Shown piece by piece: positions 43,132 through 58,560 of a stretch of DNA of 64,000 bases. Position 1 is the stretch's first letter; the number at the start of each line of letters is the position of its first letter. A model generated the notes under the pieces. The model searched no databases. It saw only the letters and a program-made list of their open reading frames with translations, and was not told where the DNA came from. Made by a program: the position numbers and the translations under genes. The DNA comes from the human T2T-CHM13v2.0 reference genome, Homo sapiens: NCBI GenBank assembly GCA_009914755.4, contig CP068257.2:16160001-16224000 (forward strand), written 5' to 3'.

Positions 43132-44112
43132 TCAAATTACTTGAATAGACATTTAACAAAAGAGGATATACAAATACATGACAGGCACATAAAAAGATGT
43201 GTGACATTATTATCAGTGAAGTTAACAATTAATAATAAAATAATTTCAGTGAAACAATGGGAGTTTTTAAGTAATTTCAGCCACAGCATCCAAGTCACAT
43301 GTTGATATTTTGAAAAATTCTTGAGGCTTCAAAAAGAAGATGTTTAGTATTTTGTTATATACCACATAAGCGATTATGAGGTATATTAATTTATTGGTTA
43401 TTAAGAAGTATGTTCCTCTTGAGCATTTTACCCCCTAACAAGATGTTTTATTGAGTTTTAGTTATGTTTGAGGAAATTGGCTGTCGGTTATGGTTGACAT
43501 ATTCTGCATTATAATTTTTCCCATGTAAAATCATGATAATTAGGCTCCCAGTTAGCATTTTTTCAATAGAACTAACCAAGAACAGATTACTGAAATTAAG
43601 ACAGAGATGACGTATTGATTGATTGATTAATTGAATTGTACATTTTAAAGGAAGAAAGTATTTAAAGAATTCCAATGCTTTTTTTTAGGTGTTAAATATT
43701 TCTTAAAATAATCTAATAAACAATCTAAGTTTTGTCTAAGGCTTCTCCAGAAAAAAAAGAGCCTGTGTACACTAAATGTCTTCTATTAAATAAAAGTGGT
43801 TGGTCAACTTGAAGAGGCCGCCAGGATTCAGGAAATGGGTAGGCTTCTAATTTACCTCTAGAGTAGGTTTCTCAATCCTGGTATTAATGACATTTTGGCC
43901 CACATAATTCCTTGTTGTGGGGGTTGTCTGGCATCGAGTGATGTTTAGCAGCATCTTTGGCTTCTACCTACTAGTTGCTAGTTGTGACACCCTCACTTGT
44001 GACAACCAAAACTATCTTCAGACTTTGCTAACTGTCATATGGGGAGGAGACCCCCTATACCCAAACCCCATTGAGTAAAACTACTCTAGAGTTTATCTTA
44101 ACTATAGGTCCA

Positions 44113-44410
44113 TTTTGTATTAATCCATTCTCACACTGCTATAAAGAACTACCCGAGGCTGGATAATCCATAAAGAAAAGAGGTTTTATTGACTCACTGC
44201 CCTGCAGGCTGTACAGGAAGCATGACTGGGAGGCCTCAGGAAACTTACAATTTTAAACCATTAGAACTTGTGAGAACTCACTATCACAAGAAGAGCAAGG
44301 GGGAAATCTGCCCCCATGATCCAATTACCTCCTACCAGGTCCCTCCTTCAACACTGGGAATTACAATTCAACATGAGATTTGAGGGGGAACACAGAGCCA
44401 AACCATATCA
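44113..44410 (-). mobile_element. Solo THE1/MST-type MaLR LTR, shortened by an internal deletion
   Basis: 'attttgtattaatccattctcacactgctataaagaactacccgaggctggataatccataaagaaaagaggttttattgactcactgccctgcaggctgtacaggaagcatgactgggaggcctcaggaaacttacaa ... acatgagatttgagggggaacacagagccaaaccatatca'. Confidence 0.65.
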
Positions 44411-47400
44411 CACATCAATGGCTAATAAATCTGTTCTGAGTCCTCTAGACTTTGATTGACTCATGAGTGGACTAGAAATCTTTGGATTGTACTGAAGAAT
44501 ATTGACTGGAATCATCTTGGTGACCCAAACCAATTAGAATTAAATTTAATCTAATTTAATTAGAATTCAATTAGAATCAGAACATGCCTCAGAGGGAGGG
44601 CCAGGCATGGGGAAAGTAGCAATTCACTTTAATTTCAACTTAGAGTTGAAACATTTCAGCCAATAATTTGTTATTTTTTTAATGAAACCTGTTATAGTTC
44701 CACAAAAAGAACTCTCAATCCTCTTACAAATGGAGTAAACTCCTTTGTACCTATTGTAAGTGTAATTTTCATAGGCCTTAAAGTCATACATACAAACTAG
44801 GTAATATTTTATTTTTGGGTAATTGAACTTAGTTTCTATTATATGCCCTATTTCCCCTGATATTGTAATGCAAAATCTAGTCATTTCTAGATGGATTTAG
44901 CCTTTGTCATACTTTTGTCATGTCATCCTTTGTCTTGTAACTTCAAGTTTAAAATCATGTCATTTCTGGACTTTGCCTTTGCCTCCTGCTCTTCAGGGTG
45001 GTATTCCTGTTCCCTAGTTTATTCTAGACAGGATGGAGGTAGGGAGTCAGGGAAAAGGGACCTGTTCTTCCGTGGTCATGGTATTTGTCAGTCTTCCAGA
45101 AGGCCACCTCCTGAAATCTCTGCAACTGTGAGCGCCTCAGCTGCATAATGCCCACTTGCATTTGGGTTAAAAATTCTAGACCCTTGGGTCCTAAGCTGTC
45201 TCTTTCAAGTACCTTCTGAGCCCTGCTTGGGGAAGTGGGAGGTTTATTTGTCCACTTCTCACGGGTGACCTTAAGGTAGGATCAGAGCCGTCATCAGAGT
45301 CTCTTTGCCCCTCGATGTCACACCGAGCCACATCTAACTGTTGGCCCAATGTAACTGACCATTTTTGCTCTGATGCTGGGGTACTAAGTTGATGTGGTAG
45401 ATCTAGAACACACTTTTTCCAACCTTCTCTCTCCTCAAACTATACACTAGGGAAGAGTAAGGTTTCAGTCTTCCCTCATGTGCATTTAACCCTTTTGCTG
45501 CTCCTCCATGAATTATTTTCATCCTATCAGGACGCTTTCACCTACTGGGCACCTAAACTTGCGTGGAGATGAAGGGTGTAACTTCTTTCTGTAAGTACTC
45601 TTCCAAAGTCTTTGCTGTTCTACAACATTGCTGTTTGAAGCTAAAAGCAAAAAACATGACATCCCTTTTATTCTGTTCTGCAGTAATTTTTCCTTTCCTG
45701 AGTTTGAAAATACCTTAGAATAAACAGGATGAAGGAAAGGTCTTTGGGAAACAAGAAAATTATCATAATTAAAAAAAACACATTTCAATTTTTTTGTCAT
45801 GATATATGAACATACTCCTTCCTCTCCCTCCATCCCAGAACCAGTCAGATGCCAACATCTTCTTAATTTTATTTCATGCAGCTGGCTCTTCTCTTGCATT
45901 AGTGTGGCTAGCCCCTTCCACTCTCAACCTACTACATTTTGCAGTAGGTTGCTGGCTAGGCTCTGGCCTCACACTCTTATTTGCATCCTACACACTGAAT
46001 ATAGGTGAATCTTTCTAATAAATAGTACAAAAACCTTTAATGACATTATGTTGCCTCTGAGCTAGGTTGCATTTATATCCTGCATAATCTGACACCAACC
46101 TGTTTTATAAGAGTGACCTCTCATTTCATGAATCTCTAGTTTATTTATGTAGAAATAAACACTGAGGTCTTAATATGTTTCAGACACCATGCCAGGCACT
46201 GGGGAATGAATGAAAGATTTCAGTCACTCAGGTCGAAAGATTCTTGATGATAAGAACCAGTGAGGAACTGAGGAAACAATGGGAATCCTAATTACTTTGC
46301 TAGGTTTCATGCCTCTGTGCATTTTTCTAATATAACCAGGGCTGGGGAAGGCAGAAGTCAGAGAAAATTTCCCAGGGAAGATGAAGAGGAATTATTAAAA
46401 TAGAGAAAGATAAGGAGTGTGTTCAGGCATGGTTCTCAGCAACAGTAAACAATGAAGGTATGAAATATTATAGTATACATAATAGCATTTGTTTTTTGGT
46501 TTGATGACCCAGCATCTGAACACCCTTCCTGCATTGGATAATTCTCTATTTTATTAAAGGGAAACGATTTCCACTGTAGAAACCGAAGATACCAATGTGA
46601 AACTAGGGCATGAGCACACGACTTAGGTTCCATGAATTAGATGGAGACTCCCTAGACTTTGAATTGAGGGTAGTGATACCAAAAAAATCAAAACAAAACA
46701 CAATCCATTCTGGTGAGCTTGGCAGCCGTGGTGGGAGGTACATGCCCTTTCCAGAGACCCTAGTAGTGGTGCCATGTTTGGTATCAGTAGGTCAGCCACG
46801 CAAGCTGCAGTTTCTGGGTCTAGCAGGAGGGGTGGTGGGGTTTCCAATGCACCAGTTCTGTGGCGTGATTTGAAAAATGATATTATTTAGATTTTGCTGC
46901 ATAACTGATCATCCCATAACTAAGTGGTAAGTCGCAAAGACTCTCTTCTTGACTGAACTTTAGATAAGCTCTTCTGAGTTCTGTTTTTGACCATGCCCCA
47001 GTGTAGGCTTATAAAAACTGCAGACTCTCAGCATAAATGATTTTTGTCTATTTTCCATACTCCACTCCCACACTAAAATTTTTGAGCAAAAATTAATATA
47101 GTTTCTAGCAGCTCAAAGCTACATTCCTAGAATGACCCTAGCCCCTTAAACTGCTCACCTTGGAAAGCTCAAGACTGATCCAGTCCAAACCAGTAATAAA
47201 CAGGCCCCTGAACCCTCCCCTCTTAGAGCAGTTGTAGTTTAGGAAGCTTGCAGTTGTAATTCCTTTCTCTTCCCCTTTGCGATGTAGATCTTCTACCACC
47301 CAAAATTAACATTCAGGGAAATAATTCCCCCTCTGGTGCCCAGCCCCGTGGCACCTTGCCTCTAATTTACACCACTGCCTTCTGCCATATAAATATAAGA

Positions 47401-48305
47401 AGTTTGCTTCTCCTTTAGATAAGCACCAATTAACAAGATCAGTTTCTGCTTAAGCCCCTGCTCATTCCCCCTTCCTTAGTCCCTCATTGTCCCTTTAACA
47501 TGCCCAGTCACCTCTGCACAAATCAAAGTTCAGTTCATGTTGGAACCTCTTTCCCTTTGCAGTGATAATTACGGAATAAAGTTTATTCTTAGTGCTTTAA
47601 CCAGTGTCTAACCAGTGTCTGGATTTATCTTTGACACAAGTCATCTCAGAACTTAGTAACTTATATTTAGCTTATTTATGATCTTGTGAAAACAGCAGTT
47701 TGAATTGGGTTTAACTGAACAGCTCTGGGCTCATTCATGTGTTTGGAGTTGGCTGCTGGTCGATGAGGCAGCTCTGTTTCTGTGGTTTGGCTGACTGTCA
47801 GCTGAGGCTATGGGGATGACTGGACCGCATGTCTCTATCACCGAACAGTCCAGCCCAGGGTTGTTCACATGACAGGTCAGCAGGGTTCCAAGAAGTAGAG
47901 CTCCTGTGAAGTCTACATTCAGAACTGATATAACCATCACTTCTGCCACATTCTTTTGGCCAAAGCAAGTCACAAGGCCAGCACCAAATCAAAGGGTAAA
48001 GAAACACCCTACCTCCTGATGGGAGGAACTTCAAAGTCACATTGTTAAGGGATGTGGATACAGGAAGAAAAATGATGGCAGGTATTTTGCAGACTATCTC
48101 TATACAATTGTACCCGCTGTGCAGCCTCCAAGCTTGATTCTTTGGGCCAGGTTTTGGAGCCTCCTTTAATCTTTAATGAAGTCTTTCTTACATCCGCCTA
48201 AATTGTTTCTGTGGCTTACAATTAAACATCTTGTTGAATATTCTGAGTCGCACATACATTCTCTCTCTCTCTTCACACCATGACTCTTTCCTATAATGTT
48301 TAGAG

Positions 48306-48608
48306 CAGCGCTGTCCAATAGATGTATACAAGCCTTAATATAACTTAAAAAATTTGGGTAGCCATATTTGAAAACATGAGAAGAAACAAGTGGAATTAAT
48401 ATTAATACTATATTTTATTTCACCCAATATATCCACAGTGTTATTTCAACTAATCAATCTACAAATTATTATATCATGAGATACTTTACTTTTTTTTATT
48501 CTAAGTTTTTGAAATCTCTTGTAAAGCTTACACTGTCAGCACCTCTCAATTTGAATTGGCTGCATTTCAAGTCCTCAGTGGCCTCTACAGGCTACCATAT
48601 TTAGGACA
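48306..48608 (+). mobile_element. Non-autonomous MER-type DNA-transposon relic (palindromic termini 'cagcgctgtccaatag ... tatttaggaca')
   Basis: 'cagcgctgtccaatagatgtatacaagccttaatataacttaaaaaatttgggtagccatatttgaaaacatgagaagaaacaagtggaattaatattaatactatattttatttcacccaatatatccacagtgttatttcaactaatcaatc ...'. Homologous to the copy at 56463-57114. Confidence 0.45.
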
Positions 48609-48735
48609 TTGTTTTTCCCCAGAGTGAGTCATTGCTTAGATCTGGATATCTGATTCACAAGTAAAGAATGACACTACTGAAGAGGCATAGGAAACGAAAC
48701 CATCATATACTAACCATGAATTTTATACTGGACTC

Positions 48736-49035
<300 letters not shown>

Positions 49036-49560
49036 ACAGGGCGCTATTAAAAGCACTTTAACTAATATCTTAGTTTGGGTTCTACCCCTAGCAGAGCTTG
49101 AGACACGCATTTGGGTGAAAATAATTTATTTGAGGAATGATTCCAGGAAGCCAATTAAAGATATATTATTGAGCCAGTTATTGCTATGGAGAACTGGCTC
49201 AATTCCATGGACCCCTCGGGGAGCCATATAGAATGAATTTCAGAATTGTTCCTCTGAAGAACAGAAGACTGAGGCATTTATTTACTGACCCCCATTTCTC
49301 ACTGGCTGAGGGTTGTGCCCATGGATGTTAGTGCCCCAACGTTTCTGGACTGTCCTATATAAGGCTGAGGAATCTTATAGCTTCAGAACGAGTCCTGAGG
49401 CAGAAAAGCTGAGCAATAAGGCAAACATCTGGCATAAGGTTTTTCCAGTATGTATGGGAATTGTCTGCCACCAGTTGGAACTGGAATCAGTGATGGGGCA
49501 GGCACATGGCAAAGCCTCTGCTATGCGTACATTGTACAATTGTCTTCTTTTGTTCAGGCT

Positions 49561-49895
49561 GCTATAACAGAATCCCATAAATTGGGTGGTTTATAAACAA
49601 CATGAATTCATTTTTTACAGTTCTAGAGGCTGGGAAGTCCAAGAGCAAGGCACCAGCATATTTGATATATGGTGAAGGCTCATTTCCTGGTTCATAGAAT
49701 GGTACCTTCTTGCTGTTTTCTCACATGGTGGAAGGGAAGAACTCTGGTCTCTTCAGACTCTTAAAAGGGCATAATCCCCCTATGAGGGCTCCAACCTTAT
49801 GACCTAATCACCTTCCAAAGGCCCCACATCCTAATGCCTTCACATTGGGAATTACTTTTTAACATATAAATTTGGGGGGAACCCAAACATATTTT
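49561..49895 (+). mobile_element. 5' part of an MLT/MaLR-type LTR
   Basis: 'gctgctataacagaatcccataaattgggtggtttataaacaacatgaattcattttttacagttctagaggctgggaagtccaagagcaaggcaccagcatatttg ... ctatgagggctccaaccttatgacctaatcaccttccaaaggccccacatcctaatgccttcacattgggaattactttttaacatataaatttgggggga'. Same family as the 5' end of the element at 20546. Confidence 0.5.
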
Positions 49896-50996
49896 TCAAC
49901 AATACTTGTAAAACAGACATTATAATTTCCAATTTAAAGAGGAAACTGAGTATAATAAAAATTCCAATAGTATTCAAGATGATATACTCTTAAGTGACAG
50001 AGTGTGTTTCTTCACAAATATGACTTATTACAAGGTCCACAAAGAACATATTTTTTGGGATTTTTTTTTCCTTTTGGGGGAAATGTCCAGAGATTTTTTT
50101 TGGCTTGTGTATTTATTTATTATTTCAGAAATTTAGACAAATCTACAAAGTAGGCTTTGTTTGAGTTATCTTTAATCAGTTTTTTTTGAAAGGGTACTGC
50201 CATAAAACAGGGTCTCATAAGAATGTGGTATATATATTTAAAAAAATACACATTTGCTATTGTGCTTGTTATATTTTCTGACCTTCAAAAAGAAATTTCC
50301 AATAAATTTTGTAAGCTCACTTATTTCCGTCATTCACTGCTGAATTTCTAGTGCGGAGCTCATTTTCAAGTCGATATTACGTACAGCAGATTCTCCCTAA
50401 ATGAAAGGGACTGAACACACCACAGACTGGACAGCTCCCATTATCTGAAATAGCCATAAGCGGCTTTAATGCTGGAGATTTAGTTTAAAGGATTGTCCTC
50501 CTGGAAGACTGGCTGCAGTTGTTTGTGAGGCAGAACAAATTATAAAATGATTATGGCTTCAGAGATGTATGTTTCTAAATGATTGCTTCGCCAGTCCATA
50601 AAATGTCTGCTTTTAAAAAACAGGTGAAATCTGAGAGCCTTAAGAGATTGGATCTTTGGGATATTATTAAAAATGTCTTTATAGGGTCTGGATGCAACGC
50701 CACCGGAGTATATAACTTACCAAGAATGCTGACAGGAAGTCATCAGCATAAAGAAAGAAAAGCAAATTTAAAGATGAAAAAGAAAAGCCTTAAGAATGAA
50801 CTTAGAATATAAACCTAAGCTAGAAAAACAGTTGGAAAAGTTCAGCCCAAACTGTTAACCATATTTTCCTCTGCAAAGTCTTTAGAATTGGGGATAGTCA
50901 TGGGTGTTTGCTTCTGTATTTACTTGAATTTTTCAATACACAAACATGTATCGTGTACAATTTGTGCAATTAAAAATAATCTTAAAAGAAGATGCC

Positions 50997-51383
<387 letters not shown>

Positions 51384-52529
51384 CTAATAACACATAGTAA
51401 GTATTCACTAGACATTCACTGAAGAGGGAATCCTCAGAATTTTTGATGTCATCAACAGTTTCATTTTGCAGTCAGGGATATATTTCAGCTTCTCAGTGTT
51501 TTCTAAAAATGTAAATTTTACTGTCAAATATGATTTTATGCCTGCCAGACTCCTTCTATGCAATGAAAGATACGGTGCCTTGTACTAACAGTCCCTTATC
51601 AGAAGCTTTCTAGAAATCACAATTATGAAAAGCTACCTGAAACAGAGAATAAATATTTGACCAGAGGAAACTAAGTTTTTAATATTTTGTTATCTCCCCT
51701 GATCTATTCATGTATTTAAAAATACTTGTTCTTATTATGAAAGTCATAATAAGACTTTTTTGGGGGTCTTGCTTGGCCTGTTTTATTGGAATTGCCTCTC
51801 TCTCCCCAATATTTGGCTGAAGTAATGGGGTTGGGTGGCCAGTGGCTGCCATATTTTGATTAGTTGACTTCCTACTCCTGTTTCCAGCTAATTGAACAAA
51901 ACAGGGAATCTTGATCCAAGCTGAGCCAACTAGCTTGTCTCTTGTGGATTCTATCTAAGAAGAATAAAGATTCAGTCAGGCGATGGTGGTTTCTGGGAAT
52001 ATGGGCTAAGATAAGAGCAGCCATATTGGGGGCCATGCGTTGTTTGTCAAGCACAAGGACTCAAGGGAATGCAGATGCCCAGAAGGAAACATACACAGGA
52101 GACAACACACTCAGTGAGAGAAAAGATGAAGATAATTGCCATGTTTTATTGCTTTCAGATTTAAATTTCTTGTGGGACCTGGCTCTACTACTTTCTCTTT
52201 AGTTATATGGGATGGTCCTGAATACTAATTGACTTAAGATAGGTTAATTTTGAGTTTTGCAAAAAAATTTAGAGAATATGGATATGGAAGAAAATAAAAA
52301 CTGCCCGTAAAAACATAGCCACCCATACATGTCTTTAGTGTGTTTTTATTCTATAGGAATGCTATAATATGCTTCTATGTAAAATTTCCTATCTTTTTAA
52401 AATAAAATTATGAACATGTTCATATTTTGTTAATTCCAATCTTGGTAAATCTCGCTCTTAGTTTATTAAGGTCTGTCTCTGTGTGGCTAAATGTGCCTGG
52501 GAAAAAATATTACCTTGCTGACTGGTTGA

Positions 52530-52995
<466 letters not shown>

Positions 52996-53869
52996 TGACC
53001 TTGTTTCCCGTTTTACTGGGATAATAAAAGCCACTAGAAAACATGTCCTGCATTTTGCTGCCAGCATTGCTACCCACCCGCTTGCTCTGTGCCCACATAC
53101 TCTGCTTTTCACTAGCAGCAAGCTCTCTACACTCCAGCCCTCTCCACTCCTTCACCAGTTTCTATTCTCTCTCATGTATTCGAGGACATCACATCAGCAG
53201 CAGGCATCTCTCTTCTTGTAACATCATGTTTTCTCTATTGCTTCATCATTTCCATGAGCTTATAAATGCTATTATTTTTCCTATCTTAAGAGAGAAGACA
53301 ATTTTCCAGACTCTTTATTCCCCTGCAGTTACTGGATCACTTCTCTGCTCCTGTAAAAGGCAACTCTTCTCAATAGTTATATCTACTTGATATCTGCAAT
53401 TTGCTTGTCTCTCATTTTCTAATCAGGCATTCATTCTCGTGCCTCTTACAAAACAGCTCTTGTCAAATTGCTATTGACTTTCACATAGCTAAAACCAGTG
53501 ATGGTTGTTAGTTTTCATCTTACTTGAACTGTTGGCAGCATTTGACAGAGGTGATCTCTGTCAAGGTCTTGCTTTACTGGCCCCCTCCTTTTAAGGCTTA
53601 TTTGCTTGTCCTTTTATCTATTTCTAACCTCTAACCATTGGTGTGCCCTGAACAATGTCTCAGGTCTCTTCTATTTATTTTCTACACTCACTTTCTAGGT
53701 GATGTCAGCTAGTACAATGGTTTTAAATACTATCCATATATTAAGGACTCTCAAATTGATTTCTTATGCCCAGACCTCTCTCCTGAACTTCAAATTTACA
53801 TACTCAAACTCCTATTCAGAATTTCATCTTGGATGTTTAATAAGTATCACAAATCTCTAAATAGTCAAT

Positions 53870-55235
53870 GGCCCTAGGACTCAAATCTTAGAACTTTCCT
53901 CTTTAAAATGATATTATTGAGATGTAATTCACATGGCATACAAATCAACCATTTGAATTGTACAATTCAAGGGCTTTTAGTGCATTTCAGAGTTATTCAA
54001 CCATTACCATAATCAATTTTAGAACATTCTCATTATCCCCCTTAAACCCATCTTGGACATTTCATATATATGTAACCATATAATATGTGGTCTTTTGTGT
54101 AAAGACTTTAGAGTGTTCTAATTTGTTTTATGCAATTTTTTTTTTTTTGCAAATTTGACTGCATGAAAGTGCATTATCACAATGTTGACCTTGTGTGTGA
54201 GACATTGCACATGTACATAAAAACATTGAAACTTCCTCAATAAATGAAGGGATGTCCTTTTTGTACATCTGCATTTGTGAAAGATAAAACTTCTTGAGAT
54301 CTCAACTCTCTAGGCGATTACATATGTAGTGGTGACACATTGTGGTTTCTTATCGATCTCATCAAAAGACATAGGTCATCTGTCATGGTATTTCAGATGA
54401 CCACAGTTATAAAACTGGATGCACACAATTACCAACCATAGTGATATGCGTTTATACATTTTCTTTTGGACCTATTTATGAATATGGTTCATCTGCTTAT
54501 AACTGTTATACCCATGTTTCTGTTGTTAGTATATCTGAGTTCTTATGCTTATAAAAATGTTATTGTTGCCTATTTTATTGTATAAAGTGGCAACTTTATA
54601 CAACTTTATCATGTATTTTATTGTATACTATGAAGTATTCTGTCATGTTTTTATATGTTGCTCAAATAAATCTTTTTTACAAGCATAAATAATTTTCTTT
54701 TAAAGAAAATTAAATTTTTTTCCAGAATTATATTTTTAGAATTTTCAATTTTTAAGATTGTGATTTCTGATATTATGGTGTTTAGAATTATGTCTTTTGG
54801 TATTATGGCCCAACTCTAGTTTTTGTGACTGGCTTCTTTTGTTTAACGTGTTTTCAAGGTTCATCCACATTGTAGTATGTACAAGTACTTCATTCCTTTT
54901 AATTACCAAATAATATTCTATTGAACAGCTATACCATACTTTATCCATTCACCAGTTGATGATAATTTGGATTGTTTCCATCTTTTAGCTACTGTGAATT
55001 CTTCTTCTGTAAACATTCATGCACAAGATTTTGTGTGGACACATGTTTTCACTTGTCCTGGATATATACCTAGGAGGGGAATTGCCAAATCATATGGTAA
55101 CTCTGTGTATAGAGGAATTGCCAGACTATTTTCCAAAGTGGCTTGGAATTCTTCTATTGGTGCTCACTGCATTGGTGCATGGCATCTAGGCCATGGTTTT
55201 AAATATCATCTCTATACTGAAGTCTCGCAAACTTG
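53870..55235 (-). mobile_element. Old L1 (L1M-type) 3' region, antisense
   Basis: Antisense L1M 3'UTR tail 'aatgatattattgagatgtaattcacatggcatacaaatcaaccatttgaattgtacaattcaagggcttttagtgc'. Antisense ORF2-end region 'gttcatccacattgtagtatgtacaagtacttcattccttttaattaccaaataatattctattgaacagctataccatactttatccattcaccagttgatgataatttggattgtttccatcttttagctactgtgaattcttcttctgtaaacattcatgcacaagattttgtgtggacacatgttttcacttgtcctggatatatacctaggaggggaattgcc'. Confidence 0.5.
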
Positions 55236-55700
55236 CCTCTGAACTCGAGATCCACATGACCCATTCATTGCCCACCCACATATCCATCACCTAACTCCTG
55301 ACTTTCCCCTTCACCTCACACCCCTGACCTCAAGCCTGCTTCTCCTCTTATCTTCTTCTCAATTAATGGATTCCCTTCTTCCAGTTGCTCAGGACAAAAA
55401 CCTCAGAGTTGCTCTTGACTCCTCTCATTCTATCCCATCCCATATCTAATCTGTCAGCAAATCCTGTTTGCTCTACTTTCAAAATACTGTCCCCACTCCC
55501 TGTCTGCAGTAGCTCCTCTGCTACCACCCTCATCCAAATCACTCTCACTTCTTTATCACATTGTTGCAACAGCCTCCTAACTTGCCTTCCAGCTCCAGCT
55601 TGATTACCCTTCAGTCTATTCTCAACAGAGTATTCTGGATGAACTTTAAATAACTCTAATTGCTTTCCATTTGAGACTATGGCATTGGGGATCGTGTCTT
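55236..55700 (+). repeat. L2 LINE 3' region relic
   Basis: 'cttctcctcttatcttcttctcaattaatggattcccttcttccagttgctcaggacaaaaacctcagagttgctcttgactcctctcattctatcccatcccatatctaatctgtcagcaaatcctgtttgctctactttcaaaatactgtccccactccctgtctgcagtagctcctctgctaccaccctcatccaaatcactctcacttctttatcacattgttgcaacagcctcctaacttgccttccagc' parallels the L2 3' consensus ('...tcaccaagtcctgtcgattctacctcctaaatatctctcgaatctgtccacttctctccatctccactgccaccaccctagtccaagccaccatcatctctcgcctggactactgcaatagcctcctaactggtctccctgcttcc...'). Confidence 0.45.
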
Positions 55701-56416
55701 TCGGGATTATTATTGGCTCTGACATGCGCACGCAGGTTGAAAGTGCCAGGAAGTTAACATTCCCAGGATTAACCTTCCCTCTATTATCTTCATCCTCAGG
55801 GTAGCACAACACTGAAGTGTCTTGTAAACAGTGTCCCAAAGGTCCCAGAGGGACCAAACCCCAGTTGCTCTCTTCATTAATGCATCTTTGAATGGATTTT
55901 CTTTCCTGTTTTGCTTTCCACAACTCCCTACTGATGCTTCTGGGATAATCTCACAAATAAACTACCTATTTCTGTGTCTACTTTTGGAGGAATCCAGCTA
56001 AGATAAAAATCTTTATAAAGAAATCTTGCCTATATTTCTGTTTCTTAGAGTCGTGAAAAAGGAAATACTAGTTCAAAAAGTGATTTTTTTAAAAAACTGA
56101 GATTTGAGTTCTCTGTGTCAAAACCACCATCTGTATTTGGGGAATTCCACTTTATAAGTCTTGGTGGGAGGGAAGAGTTTGTCTCTTTCTTAGAAGATAG
56201 AAACACCATATATTCACTCTGTTAGCGTCTCGAAACTATATTATTAACATATGACTCAGGTTTGGCTAAGCAGATGGATCTTTCCTAGATTATGCTTGGG
56301 AGGTAGAAATGCAAAGAAGACAAGATAGGGAAGACTCTTCCCTGTTGGGGTTAGTTGTTTTAACAACTTCCAGTTTTTGGAGACCACATTGGTGGTGGTG
56401 ACCATGGCAATTACTA

Positions 56417-57114
<698 letters not shown>

Positions 57115-58276
57115 GGCCTAGAGCTGAGAGGCAGTGGGCAGCCATGTCTTCACACAAGACTAGATCTGTACTGTGCTGTGATTTATGCACTGTTACTTTT
57201 TGAGTCTCTAAGCCTAGTGTTTCAATTCCCTGGTTGCATTTGTTAGCAATTTAACATATTTTCATTTCTACCTAAATCAGCCTTAGTTAAGTTTCTGTTG
57301 TTTGCAACTAAGAACCGTATTGTTATAGAAATTTCAATGAGAAGCTTTGTAGGCACAGACATTCAAAGAAATGAGGAGATCTGGGATTGTGTATCTGGCC
57401 TTGTTAGAAATTATGATAGTTTAGATTACTGTTCAGCAAATATTCATTTTCTTTTTCCTCCTCCTGTGGGTAGAATATATTACCCTGCCTCATGATGTTG
57501 GAGTTGACCATGTGACTTGCTTTGGCTAGTAAGATGTCAGTGGATATAATGTGGGCAAAGTGCTGAGATGTGTTTGTGCAATGGTTTCCTGGCCTCTTGT
57601 ACTTCTGCTGTCACCATGAGGAAAATATGCCCCTGTTAGCTGGTGGGTAAAGGAAAATGAAAGGTATGTGAAATAATTTGAAGACCTAGTTAAACTCAAG
57701 CTAGGTTAGCCAACTTCTGTCAATCTGAAGTTAAAAGAAAAAGCATAAGTGATTATATTAAGCCATCTAGTTATGTTATGTAGCATTATTGTTGGAATGA
57801 CTGAAACAGAACTAAAGGTAGCAAAAGTTACAGCTAGTAAACAATGAGTCTCTAACATACGGTATGCAGAGGAGACACAATATATTAATTTATTCACCCT
57901 GGAATGTAGTGCTAACGAAGCAAAGTTTTGAGGAAGCAATTAGCTTGTTAGAGTATAGTAAAATGACTTATATAAGACTTGTAGTAAATAGTATTTATTG
58001 TTAAAATTTCCAAATACTTTAAAGAAATAGATTTATAGTTGTACAATTTGCAGTTGTACTGTTTCCTGCTTAAGGCATTGATTGAAAATCAGTGACTTTT
58101 TTTTTTTTTTTGGCTAAAGAAACATCACATTTCTTTCAGTCACTGGGTTGAGAGAGCCAAAATATACACACAGAAAAACTGAGTCTTTGGTTTGCCAAAA
58201 TTCAATGTCAGTTGAATTTACAGCCTTGCCATGTGTCTGATACAAAGTTTGGGCATTGATGTTATCCTCAGCCAAC

Positions 58277-58560
58277 TAACACAGGAACAGAAAACCAAAT
58301 GCCTCATGTTCTGCCTTGTAAGTGGGAGCTGAACAATGAGAACACATGGACAGAGGGAGGGGAACAATGAACACTGGGGCCTGTGGGTCAGAGGAACAAC
58401 GGGGACAGGGAGAGCATCAGGATAAATAGCTAATGCTTGTGGGGCTTAATAGCTAATGCATGTGGGTGCAGCAAATCACCATGGCACACGTTAACCTATG
58501 TAACAAACCTGCACGTCCTGCACATGTATCCTGGAACTCAAAATCAAATTAAATTAAAAA
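58277..58560 (+). mobile_element. L1 3' end fragment (about 285 bp) with poly(A)
   Basis: 'aacacaggaacagaaaaccaaatgcctcatgttctgccttgtaagtgggagctgaacaatgagaacacatggacagagggaggggaacaatgaacactggggcctgtgggtcagagg ... ggtgcagcaaatcaccatggcacacgttaacctatgtaacaaacctgcacgtcctgcacatgtatcctggaactcaaaatcaaattaaattaaaaaaa'. Confidence 0.8.

Noticed and set aside
45519-45899. 126-aa minus-strand ORF in unique sequence
   Set aside because: It shows no codon-usage bias, no recognisable motif and no flanking splice signals or CpG island. Most likely chance.
55363-55923. 186-aa minus-strand ORF, one of the longest in the window
   Set aside because: It lies entirely within the L2 3'-region relic (55236-55700) and adjacent low-complexity sequence. 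It has no protein-like composition.
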